From: Lepidodermella squamata
Taxonomy: Eukaryota > Animalia > Gastrotricha
DNA length: 64,000 bases
NCBI GenBank assembly: GCA_047495785.1
Contig: JBLDXI010000001.1
Coordinates: 186,001-250,000 of the forward strand
Direction: 5' to 3'
Below are positions 51,601-64,000 of the stretch, in pieces. A program made the translations under genes and the position numbers. Each line of letters starts with the position of its first letter. The first letter of the stretch is position 1. The notes under the pieces were generated by a model. It saw only the letters and a program-made list of their open reading frames with translations, was not told the DNA's origin and did no database searches.

Positions 51601-54600
51601 GGCGATCGCCTGGTCTTGTTGAGCCATTTCATCCTGAAGCTTGCGAATGTTGTTATCCTTGGCTTGCTTGTCTTGATCGGCTTTGGCAAGCGTTGCTTCG
51701 AGGTCGGCGACATTGCCTTTGAGGTTCTGAACCGCTGATTCGAGCTGGTTCTTCTTCTCTTCGAGGTTGTTGGCGCGCTGTTCTTCGCTGGCGAGACGTT
51801 CCTCGACCTCATGGATCGCGGTTTCGTTATCGGCCTTAGAGTTCAGCAGATTTTCGAGTTTCTCCTCCAGCTCACCGACAGCGTCCTGTTGAACCTGCAG
51901 CTGCTGGAAAAGTTCGTTCTTCTGCTTGAGCAAAACGACGTTCTGCTCCTCGAGCTGTTTCGCCAAGGTTTCGATGCGGCCAAGCTCTTCCTTGGTCTTC
52001 TTGAATTCCTCCTCTTGCTTCTTCAGTTCGTCCTCGCCCTTGATCTGCGACAGCAGAGGCTTGATCTTGATGTACAAGTGCCACCACTTCCAGTCGTGGA
52101 AGGCCATGTACTTGCGGACGTTACGTTGGATCATGTCCAAAGCAGCACTGAAAAGAATTGCGAGCCATTCAACATTTAATTCAATGATTGTTTCAGTAGA
52201 ACTTACCGCTGGTCACACAGTTTGCGGTACTTGCGGTTCATGAGGTAGCCACGAACCCAAGACTGGAAGCTGGTCATGATGGCGGACAGCTTAGTGTCGC
52301 GCATCTCCTCGAGCTTACCCAGGACACCAGCCTTGAAGAAGACCTTGGTGTGGCCGAGACGGTACTCGCCATCGCCGAGGTTCAACGCCGCCAAGACCTT
52401 GTCAGCGACAATCTTGGCGTCAACGAAGCCTTCAGGCACAGCGTTGGGGGCCAAGATGGTGTAACGCTGACGGAAGTCAGGGTAGATGATGCGGTTAGGG
52501 AATCCCTTACGGCAAATACGGATACCCTCGAGTACACCGTTACAACGCAGCTGATGCAAGACCAAGTGCGAGTCCATCTCGAACGGCTTCTTGATTTCGT
52601 TCGGGATAAGGCAACGCACGAAGTGAGGGTGAGTCGAGTACAAGTTCTTCATGAGACGGTTCAGCGACTCACGATGGGCAGCCGAAATGGTCGACATAGC
52701 ACCACCGCCCTTCTTCTTCTTACCACCACCGCCGGACTGATCTGAATGATGAAAAGCAAATCAATTTGGAGTGATTAAAAAATCAAAGGCGCAGTACGAA
52801 CCTTCCTCGACGGCCGGGAAGTACAGCTGGACAAGGGGATCCTTCGACTGCGACATGAGTTCGACGACAGTCTGGTTAATAGGATCCTTGTTACGCTCGA
52901 GCCAGCCACCGCAGCTGAAAAAACCGAAAAATTAGGACAATTATTCTTCAAGACTTAATTTCGAATTTACTTGTAGCCGACGCAACCGGCGTAATGCTTC
53001 AGTTCAAAGTGAACTTCCGGAAGACCCGGGCGCTGCTTAGCCGGCTTGGTGAAGTTAGGCGACTTGCCAAGATGGTTCTGGTGCAGCTTGTCGACGAAGG
53101 TCTTGTCGCTGGCCTTGGGGAACATGCACTCCTCCTCAAGGATGGACAGGATGCCGAGGGGCTTCTCAATGAGATCGATACAGGCTTGCAAGTCCATACC
53201 GAAGTTGATAAACTCCCAGACGATACCTTCCTTCTTGTACTCTTCCTGCTCGAGGACGAACATGTTGTGGTTGAAAAACTGCTGCAGACGCTCGTTGGTG
53301 TAGTTGATGCAGAGCTGCTCGAAAGAGTTCGACTCGAAGATCTCGAATCCGGCAATATCGAGTACACCGATAAAGTATTGACGACGAGCGTTGGTGTCAA
53401 GGGTCTGGTTACAACGCTTGACGAGCCAGTCGAACATACGGCTGTACAGAGACTTGGACAGCGTGGCGACGGCATAGGTGACCTGGTCCTTGTTCTGGGC
53501 CTTGGCGACCCACTCGTTACCGACCTTGACCTTGGGGCGCAGAAGGGCCTTCAGCAAATCGGTGGCGTTGACAGCCATCAAGAAAGCGACCTTCTCAGCC
53601 TCTGTTAACATAGACTGAAATGAAAGAATTTTAATAGATTTTTGTTTCACTTACCGCCAGTGCCATCAGGCTCGGCCTGTTCGTCCTTGCCCTGCTTGAA
53701 CTTCATCTCACCCATCCACATGACGGCGGCGGTACACTTGAACAAGCTGAGCTTCTCATCGGCGGAGAAGCCAAGAACTTCCAAGGCCTCGTCGGTGGCC
53801 TTCATTTCAAACACATCGTCGATACCGTCGACCTTCAGGACACCCTGATTGATGAACGCGTACACGGACGGATCCGGGGGGGTAAGCAGCAGCTTATCCG
53901 GAAGGCCGGGGATACCGCCCGACAACAGTTGGTAGAAAATGTGGTAGTTACGCTCCAACTTCATCTGCGAGACGACACGCGACTTCTCGAGCAGGTCTTT
54001 TAAAAGCAATTGTTAGGTTTCTACCAGTAATGTCTGCAGCAAACTTACAATGCTCAATATCAGCACCAGCGATCTTGCCTTGCGGGCCGAAGTGAATACG
54101 GATAAATTTACCCTGAATGAATTTCATGAGCTGTTGAAATACTTCGCTGGCTTGAGTTCAACTTACGAAACGCGAAGAGTTGTTGTTACGCACGGTCTTG
54201 GCGTTACCGTACGCTTCAAGCGGAGGGTTACACTGGACGATCTGTTCCTCCAGCGAGGCCTCCTTCTTGACGGGAGCTTCGGGGACTGGGGCAGCAGCGG
54301 CACCCTCTTCATCACCAGCCTTCTGCATCCTGGCGACACGGGCGAAGTACTGGATGACCTTCTTGGTGTTTTCGGTTTTACCGGCACCAGACTCGCCGCT
54401 GGAAAACGTATCCACTCATGCTAACAGGCTTTCGCCAATTTCACAAACTTACGTAATAAGAATAGACTGGTTCTCACGATCTTGCAACATGAAAGAGAAC
54501 GCACCGTCAGCAACGGCGTACAAGTGAGGTGGCATCTTAAGTCAAACGATTGTTGCTAATGTTAATTTTAGGCGGAATTTCGAAGCTTACCTCAGTCTTT

Positions 54601-55208
54601 CTCTTGCCACGGTAGAAGCGTACGCAAGACTCGGTGTAGATCGGCAACAGCTTGTAAGGGTTGACGACGACGCAGAAGAGACCCGAGTAGGTCTGAAAAA
54701 TGTTATTTTAGAGCATCAGCTACTTATTTCTCAGGGTTCTAACTAACGTAGATGTATTGGTTGTGGTAACGTTCACGGAGAACGTGAAGGACAGCACCTT
54801 CGTTCAAGTTGGTCAAATCCGACATGTCAGTACAACGCTCGTACTTCAGCGGATTCATTTCGGCGAGCTGGTCGCGCTTCAGGGTGCGAATCTGTAACCA
54901 TTTGGCACAAGCGAGTTTTGCTAAAGAATTCAATTTGAAAAGCGAAACATACGTCGTTGTTCTTCAGGATGCGAACAACGCAGTCGTCGCCCTTGATCGA
55001 CTCGATCTCACCCTTAACGTACGATTCCTTGTCATCGGGCACCCAAAAGTGCTTCTTGGCATCGTACTCCTGTAGGCGATTAAAAATTAATAGATGATGA
55101 CGAATCAGTTGCTTCTGTGCGTGGACTCACCATGCCAGACAGCTCCTCGAGGAGCTTCTTGCGGTCGACCATCAGATACGGATAAGCGGGATCTGTTTGT
55201 TCGACCAT
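48637..55208 (-). CDS. Mhc: Striated-type myosin II heavy chain (about 14 coding exons, about 1950 aa)
   Basis: Starts [20 protein letters not shown]. Motor motifs [73 protein letters not shown]/hinge [14 protein letters not shown]. Coiled-coil rod in three long exons (ORFs 50401..52140, 49187..50368, 48637..49149). Confidence 0.97.
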
Positions 55209-56514
55209 CTTTACAGTCTTTCAACCTATAGGGTTAGAAATTTTTTGAAAGTTAAATGTAAACCAGTTTTAGGCAACTAAGGCTGATTAGACTAGCTAAA
55301 AAAAGACAAGTGAGCACCATCCCTATACTGTGCAAAATGATAGCTCATGTCAGGCGACCAACCAACCAACCAACCGACCGACCGCCCGGCTGGCCGCCCG
55401 CCGCTCGGCAAAACACAGAGCCGCGCTAAGCAGCAGCAGCAGCGTCGGTGCAAAGCGCGCGGCCTACAGTCGAATGCGCACGAGCCGAACATGCAAGCTA
55501 TAGAGAGATTCGGCAAATAAACGCCAGTGAACGATGGCAGTGACAATGCAACAGGCCCGGCAGCGCGGCTATATACCATTTCATGACAATAACACGCCGA
55601 TAATAGGGCACGTGTTTGCCAGGCGGCAATATTATATTGCCCATCGTGCGCCTTGTAGCGCCGGGCGTTGTTTTACAGCGCGCTCTCGACTCTTTTTTGC
55701 GTGCGGGTTCGTTTACATTCGGCGACGATGCTTCCCTCAGAGAGCGCCACCGGCTGCGGATGTAACTTCGTACCTGCTGCCTTATATCGCTGTCAGTATT
55801 TTTGCAGCGCACCGTTGTGTCAGGTCAACAGGCGCTTTTATTCCCCGCCCGCATCGGGCTCAAAAACGACGATGGCCAAGCGAGCGCGAGTCACTTGCGT
55901 TTTTATCTCCATCGTTCATTGTCTGTGGTCGCAGAGATGACGCGCGCTCTTGACGGCTGCTGTCCTCTTTATTTTACTTGCGCTCGAGCGGAGCCACCAG
56001 TTTTTCGCATTACAATTACGCTGCGCCTACCTGCATCGCCCGAAAAATGATATGCCGCGTCGAGCCCGGCAAATTGAACCCTCGAGGCTCAATGCCGCAA
56101 GTGGTGCGGCTGCCGCTCTAGCTAGTGGAGCTTTTTGCAGCCATATCGCCAGCTTTTTGTGCCGTCAGAAAAACACTCGAGCGCACGCAGGCATTCGCTC
56201 TTGCGTTAAGGAAGATGCGCAACGCAGCCTTAAAAAAGATGCGCCGTCACATAGCCGAATAAAAAGAAGAACAACATGGCCGAATCTTATATTACCCGCG
56301 ATCGGATGAACTCATTACGGCAGCAGCACATACGGCCGCAACTAACCTCTGCCGTCTTTTTTCTGGCCTATTAGCACGCTGAAAAGAAGACTTGATATTT
56401 CCGAAAAAAACATATTTATCAAAACGGTCTTTTATTTTTCAAACACTGGTGTTCAATGAAGCGATGAGCAATAATGCCATAACGGGAGAAACTGAATGTT
56501 ATGTGTTTTTCGTT

Positions 56515-57954
56515 TTAGTCGCCAAGCGACTGAACTAGCCCCATAGCGCTCGTGTTGCTGCCTACACGGTTCGAAAGTACGTCGATTCGGCGCTGGAGTT
56601 GCGAACTCGTCGACTCGGCCCATTCGAGCAAGCGCAGCTGCGAGTCCAGGAGCCGGGTAAGTGATGCCATCCCAGGCGCAGCGCCACCCGCCCCTCCAGC
56701 GTCGGATTCGCTACGCTGGTTCAGCCCGGTGAGAGCCGCGGCACCGGTGATTGAATTGACACGTTCGGAAAGCGACCGCAACTGGCGGGCGGAGGCGCGA
56801 AGTTGGGCGTCGACTGAAACCGCCATCTGCAGGGTGGACGCGCGGTCGTTGCCAGCTCCGACCGGCGCCGAGGTCGGCATTGACGGCTGGCGCAGGGCTT
56901 CGGCCGCTGCGCTGCCACCGGCGCCCACCAGTTGCCGCTCGATGTCGTCGACAATGCCCTCGAGTTCGGCAGTTTGCGTGTCGGCGTAGTCGAGTTCGCG
57001 GTCCAGTGTTTCCGCCGACATGCGTAGCCGGTCGAGTTCCGCCTCGGCGCCGACCAGTTTCACGGCAGACTTGCGCAGCTCAGCATCGCGGTTGGCCAGC
57101 ACGCTGGCTAATTGGATGAACGCGCGGCCGGCTTGTTCCAACTCAGCCCGACGGCTGGCAACCAACTGCTCGAGTTCACCGAATTTCATCGCAGCCTTTG
57201 GCGGGGCGGCGGTCGGGGCTACGCTAGCGGTTGTCGTGGTGCCAGTGGCCGTGGTTGAGCCGGTAGCGGCTGTTGACGTGCCAAGTGAAAGAGTAGGGGC
57301 AGCAGTTGACGCGGGCGGTTGAGCTAGACTAAGCCCAGTGGGGGCGGCAGTGGTAGCTGCGGGGGCGGCCAGGGTGAAAGGCGAGGCAGCTGCGGTGGCA
57401 GTCGTCGCAGGTGTCACGGTCGGCAGGGTCAAACCGACGGTCGGAGCCGAGGGCGTGAAGGTCAAACCCAGCGCCGGTTGAGTGCTCGCGGGAGTCGCCG
57501 TTACCGGGGCAACTTGGCTAGTTGTAGCTGGAGTGGCCGGGGCAGCGAATCCGCCGAAATTGAAGCCGGACGAAGCAGCAGTGGTGGCTGTAGCTCCCAA
57601 GTTCAGAGTCGGGGCAGCGGTCGTGGCAGGGGCGGTACCGAAAGAAATGCCGCCCGTAGTTGGCGCGGCTGGGGTTGATGTGCCGAAGCTTATGCCAGCT
57701 GGGGCAGTCGGTTTCACAGCGGTTTGCGCACCGAAATTGAACGCCGGGACTTGTAATCCGCTGGCAGCTAGTTAGAAATAGGTTTCGAAATAAACAAAAT
57801 TCAGAAACTATTAGCAAACCTGGGGCTGGAGCTGCGGCGGGTTGAGCAGGTTGAGCAGGAGTGGACGGAGCACCGAAAGTAAAATCTGAAAAATCAGAAT
57901 GTTACTCTGAACAATTTAATGGTGAAACTTACTGAACCCGGAAGGTTTCGACAT
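56515..57954 (-). CDS. NUP62: Nucleoporin Nup62/Nsp1-like (3 coding exons)
   Basis: MSKPSGFNFTFG start, FG repeats (FNFG, ISFG), Ala/Thr-rich linker, and an Nsp1_C-like coiled coil MKFGELEQLV...ELEQAGRAFIQLA...LDRELDY...LTRLLDSQLRLLEWAE. Confidence 0.85.
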
Positions 57955-58493
57955 GACTTGATATCCAATTTAAGTAAAACAATGTAACTAAGATAAGAAA
58001 ACGTTGAATTCAATTTTTCGTTCACTGCGTCTCAACTTGAAAAATAGCAGGCACGCGGGAGACGTTATCTTTGATTACTCGCTGTAATCGTTCTCAGTGT
58101 GTATATAAATTTGCGTTCATCATAATATATGAATAATCCCTCTCACAGCAATTTCAACAGACTGGAAAGAAAGAACCATGGAATTCAGCAAGTTTTGCAG
58201 CAATTATTTAAACTCTACCTTTGTTAACGAAGCATTAATATCAGCAATATTTCCGAAACCGTTAAAACAAAATATAGAAGCCTCCTCGAAATTACACAGG
58301 TTCAATTTATAAAAGCGATGAGCAAGAGTTGTCATGATTTCGAAGTAAAACGCGACATGGTGACATGAACCGAAAACAACAACTAAGAAATAAGACGGAA
58401 GAAAATCGGCACACTCATAACCAATGGCACAAGAACCGAGAAGTGTAGAGCAGAGAGAAGACGGATAATATGTCATGAGTTGGCATCACCGAA

Positions 58494-60695
58494 TTAAACA
58501 ATCTTGCTACGACGTAACACGCCTTCGTCCAAGTCAGCAGTTTCCGCCAGTAATGGCACCTGGGACTTATCGGCAGCAGCTGTCAATGGTGTCATTTGCT
58601 GATCTTCTGGCTTTATCGCCTCCTTCCGCCGCCGCCTCATCGCTCGATACTCGTCCTGCAATGCCGGATCCTGAGGCACCCAGTTGTCGTTGGGCGACAC
58701 CGCTTGGTGAAGACGAGACTTGAAATTGAACCACGCCCGTCGAAGAGAGCTGTCAGGGGCGCCGGGAGGGTAAGGTTCAGGTTCAGCACGAGCTATCACC
58801 AAAATAGCAGTGATTGGCATCGGTAGGGCTGTTATCATAGCAATGACCAGGCCGATGTAATGCGAATAGGATGGATAAACGTAATAGCCGTATTTCGGAG
58901 GCGTTAATTCGTAAAGCCCAACGACGAGAACGATCACCTTAAAATACAGCAAATTAAACAAAAATCTCGACATAAGGTATCAATTAAAGGAACACTACTT
59001 GTAACCTAATCAAGAGATAACTGGGCTACAGAAATAACTAAGCAATCTAAGCTTAAGTTCGAAAAATTGGAAAACTAACCAGTATAATCGGCGTTGCTAT
59101 CAACCACAGCCCCTTCATGAAGGGGTTAGGGGGCGAGCCTAGCATCATTGTAACGTCGTCAGAAAAGCGCTTCATGCCGTATATAAAGCAGACAGCCACG
59201 ACTTCGAGAAGAGCAATCATTGGCACGGTGATAATGGCGCTGTACCAGTCAACCAGCTGGTAGTAATACATACCGCCCTCGGTACAGAAAATGAGCCCGA
59301 GCAGGAATGAAACAACGCAAGCTATGCCGACAACAATGAGGTTGTGCTTGCGCAAATGTGGCCAGGCGTCGAAAATTCCCGATAAAACGGTTTCGAATGT
59401 GCCGAACATGGAGTCGATGCCGAGAGTTATCAACGTAAGAAAGAAAACCGCAGACCAAATCGGAGCACCGGGTAGTTGCGACAGCGCCAGCGGGTAGACG
59501 ATGAACGAGAGACCTGGTCCAGAACGCGCCACGTCTTCGATCGGCAGATCGGCCTGCACGCTCATGAAGCCAATAATCGAAAATATTGCAACGCCACCAA
59601 ACAGTGCAGTGACCATGTCGAGAACAGGGGCGATGATGCCTTCCTGATGACACTTGTGTCGAAAAGGATTGTAACTCGACATAGTTATCAGGCCACCCCA
59701 CGCTGGTCCCAAGCTGTAAAACATCTGAATAGACGCGGTGATCCAGGTTCGAGGCTGGATTAATTTCTCAAAATTCGGGAATGAGTAGAAGTATAAGCCC
59801 TTGGCAGCTCCTTCCAGAGTGCAACCACGTATGACTAGCGCTGTGAGCAGAACGTAAGGTAGAGTGGCGGTTACGTAAACGACTTTTCCAGCCCATTTCA
59901 CGCCCCAAGCCAGCGAGAGGAAAACCATGACCCAAGCGACGAGGAGACACAAAACAAGATCCCAGCGCATTGCGCCGATATCCTCCAGCGAGTCTGAAAT
60001 TCCCAGAACTCGCCGGTGCCAGAATTCGTCAGAAGCCCAAACAACGTCCGCTTTCCATTTGTTGGTACCGTTGTTCCAAATGAAAGTGTAATTTTTCAGG
60101 CTATTAGTTGCATTGTTCCAGGCAGTAACAACGGCTGTCTCGTGCTGAGCCGTGCCGTTGTAAGGTGGTCCGCTTCCTAATGGAATGCGACCGTCCCAGC
60201 ATTTCTCAGAATTCCAATAGTTTTCACAATTGGACCACGGAACTTCGGAAGTGAAAGACGAAAACAGGTAGAACAGGCAGTAACCGATCAGCGTATTGTA
60301 ATAAATAGACATCACGCCACTGATAGCTGCCATCGAGTAGCCGATGCCTTTGAGAAGAGGACAGAAATTCCATAGCGTAAAAGGACTGAGGCCGCTAAAC
60401 TGGCCGAGCAACAACTCGAGGACAAATAGCGGAATGCCACAAAGCAGATGCGCAAAGAAAAATGGAACAATGAAGGCGCCTACCAGGAAAGAAACCCATA
60501 TGAAATGAGACAGTGGCATTCATTTTACTTACCTCCACCGTTCATCAAACAAAGATAAGGAAAGCGAACCAGATTTCCGATTCCGACGGAATAACCGAGA
60601 AGAGACAGGAAAAATTCTATTTGACGGCCCCATTTCTCCCGTTGTATTACGCTTGTTTGAGACACTTTGTCGCTCTCTTCATCGTTTTTACCCAT
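58494..60695 (-). CDS. SLC6 Na+/Cl- dependent transporter, amino-acid (glycine/proline-like) group (3 coding exons)
   Basis: [34 protein letters not shown]|[78 protein letters not shown]. Confidence 0.95.
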
Positions 60696-61003
60696 TACTC
60701 TCTCGATAAAACCTATGTAATGCCAATAAAAATCGAATAACAAAATCAAGTGGCCATTCAGCGGTTTTTTAATGTTCCTTAGCACTGATAAAATGAAAGA
60801 CGTTATCATTGCGCGTAATGGCGATTAAGCAATCATACACAGAATTATGCGGAAACGAGATCCGGTTTAAACAAACAAATGCCATATATTAGGTGACTTA
60901 TCACGCGACTGCATTTGAACAAACACAGCTTGAGATTACACCAAACGAGCAAAATCATGCAAGAGAAGGCGCACTTGTGTAGTTCGAATTGTCAGAATGA
61001 AGG

Positions 61004-62304
61004 TCACAAATTCTGCTGTGCCGCCGTCTGCTTTTGTTCATTTCGCTCTTTAATCTGTTGCTTTTTTATCTTGTCAATCGCCTCGCCTAACGTCGCAATA
61101 ACGTCGCTGTGCTTATGCTTAGCCAACACGAACCCCTTCTTGATTTTAGCATCTCCGCGAACATCGTAAGAAATTAAATTTCCCTCAATATCTGTCGCTT
61201 GACCCCCGACAGATGTGACCAACGCCTCGGCAGCGCATACATCCCAAAGTTTGATAGTTGACCAATGAACGTATGCATTGTAACTACCATTAATGACAGC
61301 GAGAGCTTTATAACCTGCTCCGCCAGCCTCTACTATCTCCAAAGATTCGGCAGCTAAAGATGGCTTCACATTTCCAGCCTCATCTTCCTTTTCTTCCGAG
61401 TTTCCGAAAGCCGTCTGGAGCAAGCTGCGAGTTTTCGAGGATGAGTGCGATCTGGAAATGATGAATCGCCATCCAGGTTTGTTTGTCGCAGTTGGTGAAC
61501 TTTTGCGACGCTCGGCGTCGTTCAATAAATTCGTACCATGTCCAACGATAGCCCAAGCTGAAATCAATTGAGTAAAAGTAAATAAATATACATTATCTAC
61601 ACTCTCTTGCCTGTGTCGCCCTTGAACGGGCGGTAAATCACTCCACCGAGAGGCCGATCATTCACAACGATGCATGCCATCACGGATACATATTCAGTGA
61701 GATTTTCCGTATATTCTTGCGTAGCATCCAGAGGATCAATCCACACTGTAACATCGCGCAGCGGTACCCTGGAAAAAATTTCAATTAAAAAGTTGGAAAC
61801 CCGTAATATTTTAGAGCTATTACCAAATATCTCCAGGTATCAGTGCATCAACTTCAGGGCAATTTGATGAAGGATCACTGATTCTTGATAAATGAATGGG
61901 ACCTATATCGTGCTCTTCCGATCGAATCATTATGCCAGGGAATGCTTTTTCAAAACCATAATACATCGTCCGATGAGATTGTTTGTCGCCCTCGCTAATC
62001 ATTTCTTTCGCTCCTTCATCTGTAAAGCCTTTCGCAACTGCGGCTTTGGCGTTCGCTTCGTGAATCGACCGAACTTTTGCGCCGCCAGCATGCGTCAAGT
62101 CGATACTGACACAAAGCAGGCTCTTTAGAGAGACTTTTGGTTCGGATTGAAAGATACTGGGCCCGCCGACAGCGTAAAATACAACAATCAAGGCAAAACA
62201 TCCCATCACCAGAACTCCTTAAAATTGCAGTCACATATAAATATGAAAGACTCAAGTGCTGAAATCATACCATATTTATTCAGGCGGATGTTTATAGATA
62301 CCAT
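61004..62304 (-). CDS. IMPAD1: Golgi PAP phosphatase / inositol monophosphatase 3 (4 coding exons)
   Basis: N-terminal TM anchor ([14 protein letters not shown]) and FIG-family motifs [33 protein letters not shown]. An alternative in-frame ATG lies at 62313. Confidence 0.92.
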
Positions 62305-63051
62305 GTTTAACATTAACTAAACTGTACGCCGCAACAAAATTAATGATTTCCGATAACAAACTTATTGATAAAAACAAGCACCAGGCCAGTAATATTAGAT
62401 CAATTAGCGCGATATATCATAAGACGCGGCATAAGACGCGCAATATAACTAAGTGTAAGATGGATGAAAAGGTCAGCGCTAGGTTGAGATGTGAACCAAT
62501 GTCACTGTGTAGTGAAGTTCCGACGAAAAACTAGCGAAAATGGGGTAATGGGTAATCAATATTGAAATTTGAAATAAAAAAGAAGATAATAATAGTCAGT
62601 AAGAGATTAATACCCATGGCCAGATAAATGCGCATAAAGTCAATTTCACGTGCATCCTGGCACGCTAGTTTATGGTCGCCAATAGCCAAAAAAACATTAG
62701 CGTAATTGTTATGCGTGCCAGCATGAGCGTTTAGCCATACGAATCTCTAACTGGACGTAATATCAACTTGGCCAAGGAAAATGGAAAAAGAAAACTAAAA
62801 GAACATTTTGCTCGAAGCTGAATCGGGGATATCTGAATAACATATCCAATCCGATCCATTGAGCCACCTTCCAAAAATAATATTATCAGAGCCGAATCTG
62901 ACTGCCGTTGACTTGATGTGAAAAATAAAAAATAGGTATCACGCTAGTTCAAAATTTCAAGGCACTTGCGGATAAAAGATTCATCTATGTGCTGCGCGCT
63001 CTTTTCGATTCGATTCTATGCGATTCATCGATTCTTCACTGTCATGAATTA

Positions 63052-63164
63052 AACGCGTTATGGTATTAAAAAGAAATGGATAACGCGTTACGGTTTTAAT
63101 TAATTACGACCAAATGACCAAACAAATCGATAACGCGTTACGATAAATGGATAACCCGTTATGG
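63052..63164. repeat. Four copies of a palindromic TAACGCGTTA-like motif in a divergent intergenic region
   Basis: AACGCGTTA 63052-60, TAACGCGTTA 63081-90 and 63131-40, TAACCCGTTA 63152-61; three copies are preceded by AAAT(G/C)GA. Confidence 0.75.
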
Positions 63165-63550
63165 ACTTTATGAGATGTGAACTGTTACCGAGTGGTCTTC
63201 AAAGAAGAACCTAGCAAAGCTGCGGATATAAATTCAAGTATAAAAATAAATGAATACTAGAAAATTGCAAAACGCATGCCGAAAAAAGTTGCAACAATTA
63301 TTTTCGACTGCGGAGGAAAATCGGCTAAGTCCGCAGTTTTTCAGTAGCTCATATGGGGAAAACTCTGTTTCAGCTTAGAATGGTTGCGTGCATGAGAAGG
63401 AGACAAGTATCGTTAAGTTGACTTCGCCTCTAATTCACTCTAGTGCTATACCAACCAACCAATGAACGAAAGCTGGCTAAGCATTTAGGTACAGGAGGTT
63501 ATTGCTGTTCGAACGCATTTCTATTCATCTCTTTTCAGAATTTACTTCAG

Positions 63551-64000
63551 ACGAAAATTAAGCCCGACATGTTCTAACCAACTGATTTTAGCCAGGAGTC
63601 GGAGATCACGTCGACAAGCTCTATTTCCATCTGGAAGAGGTAAGTTGCCACCTATTGACTACTTATTTCTCCTAATAGCGAAGTACAGATGCATTGTTGC
63701 GCAGACAACTCGGATTCACCCCGAAGTAGCGCGGCAGCAACATTCAGCTGATGAAAAGGTAAGCTTACGTTGATTTATTGAAGAAATTGTCCCTAAATGT
63801 TATTTTCCACAGATTGGCCAGCCGGCTGCTAAAACCAATTGCAGTCAACAGTCAACGGTTCTAAGATTCGTCATCACAGGAGTGGATCATTGCTGGAAAA
63901 TTACGTGTTCTCTAACTGTCTCACTCGGAATGAAATCATTCGAAGGTCTCGATCTACTATGCCTAAAATATCATAGCCAAGCTGCAATTTGAAAAGGCCT
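63551..64000 (+). other. 5' part of an unidentified spliced transcript (coding status unclear)
   Basis: Exon-like blocks about 63551-63639, 63679-63758 and 63813 onward, separated by short introns with strong GTAAGT/GTAAGC donors and AG acceptors. No recognisable domain. Confidence 0.45.

Noticed and set aside
48694-54527. Long + strand ORFs (up to 424 aa) antisense to myosin
   Set aside because: Shadow ORFs caused by extreme GC3 codon bias; they coincide with myosin exons and have no domain features.
55230-56400. Muscle CArG/MEF2 elements upstream of myosin
   Set aside because: Only imperfect matches seen; insufficient support.

Overview
This is eukaryotic (animal) genomic DNA from a compact invertebrate genome, probably a spiralian; the taxon is my inference. 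Most introns are GT-AG, AT-rich and about 45-60 nt, so the ORF track breaks genes into fragments. Genes assembled by eye, left to right: a C2H2 zinc-finger factor (-) within kilobases of non-coding DNA, POLDIP2 (-), an EGFR/ErbB receptor tyrosine kinase (+), two tandem ZIP8/14-like SLC39 transporters (-), a CCDC60-like gene (+), an Eomes/Tbr1-class T-box factor (+), then a co-oriented minus-strand block of myosin II heavy chain, Nup62, an SLC6 transporter and IMPAD1/BPNT2, and finally the start of an unidentified spliced + strand transcript. Mobile DNA includes a young 5'-truncated RTE-like LINE in an EGFR intron, whose 11-bp TSD contains the TACTAAC branch-point consensus, two TA-flanked MITEs, and an apparently identical 505-bp duplication of a ZIP 3' end. 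The best leads are: an ATG-less exon that splices in frame into the T-box CDS (possible GUG start), clustered T-box sites in the T-box gene itself, a roughly 40-aa insert in the EGFR kinase beta3-alphaC loop, and an operon/trans-splicing-like IMPAD1-SLC6 junction. I saw no rRNA, tRNA or CRISPR array, and no confidently new multi-gene system. Exon boundaries were read manually and may be off by a few bases.
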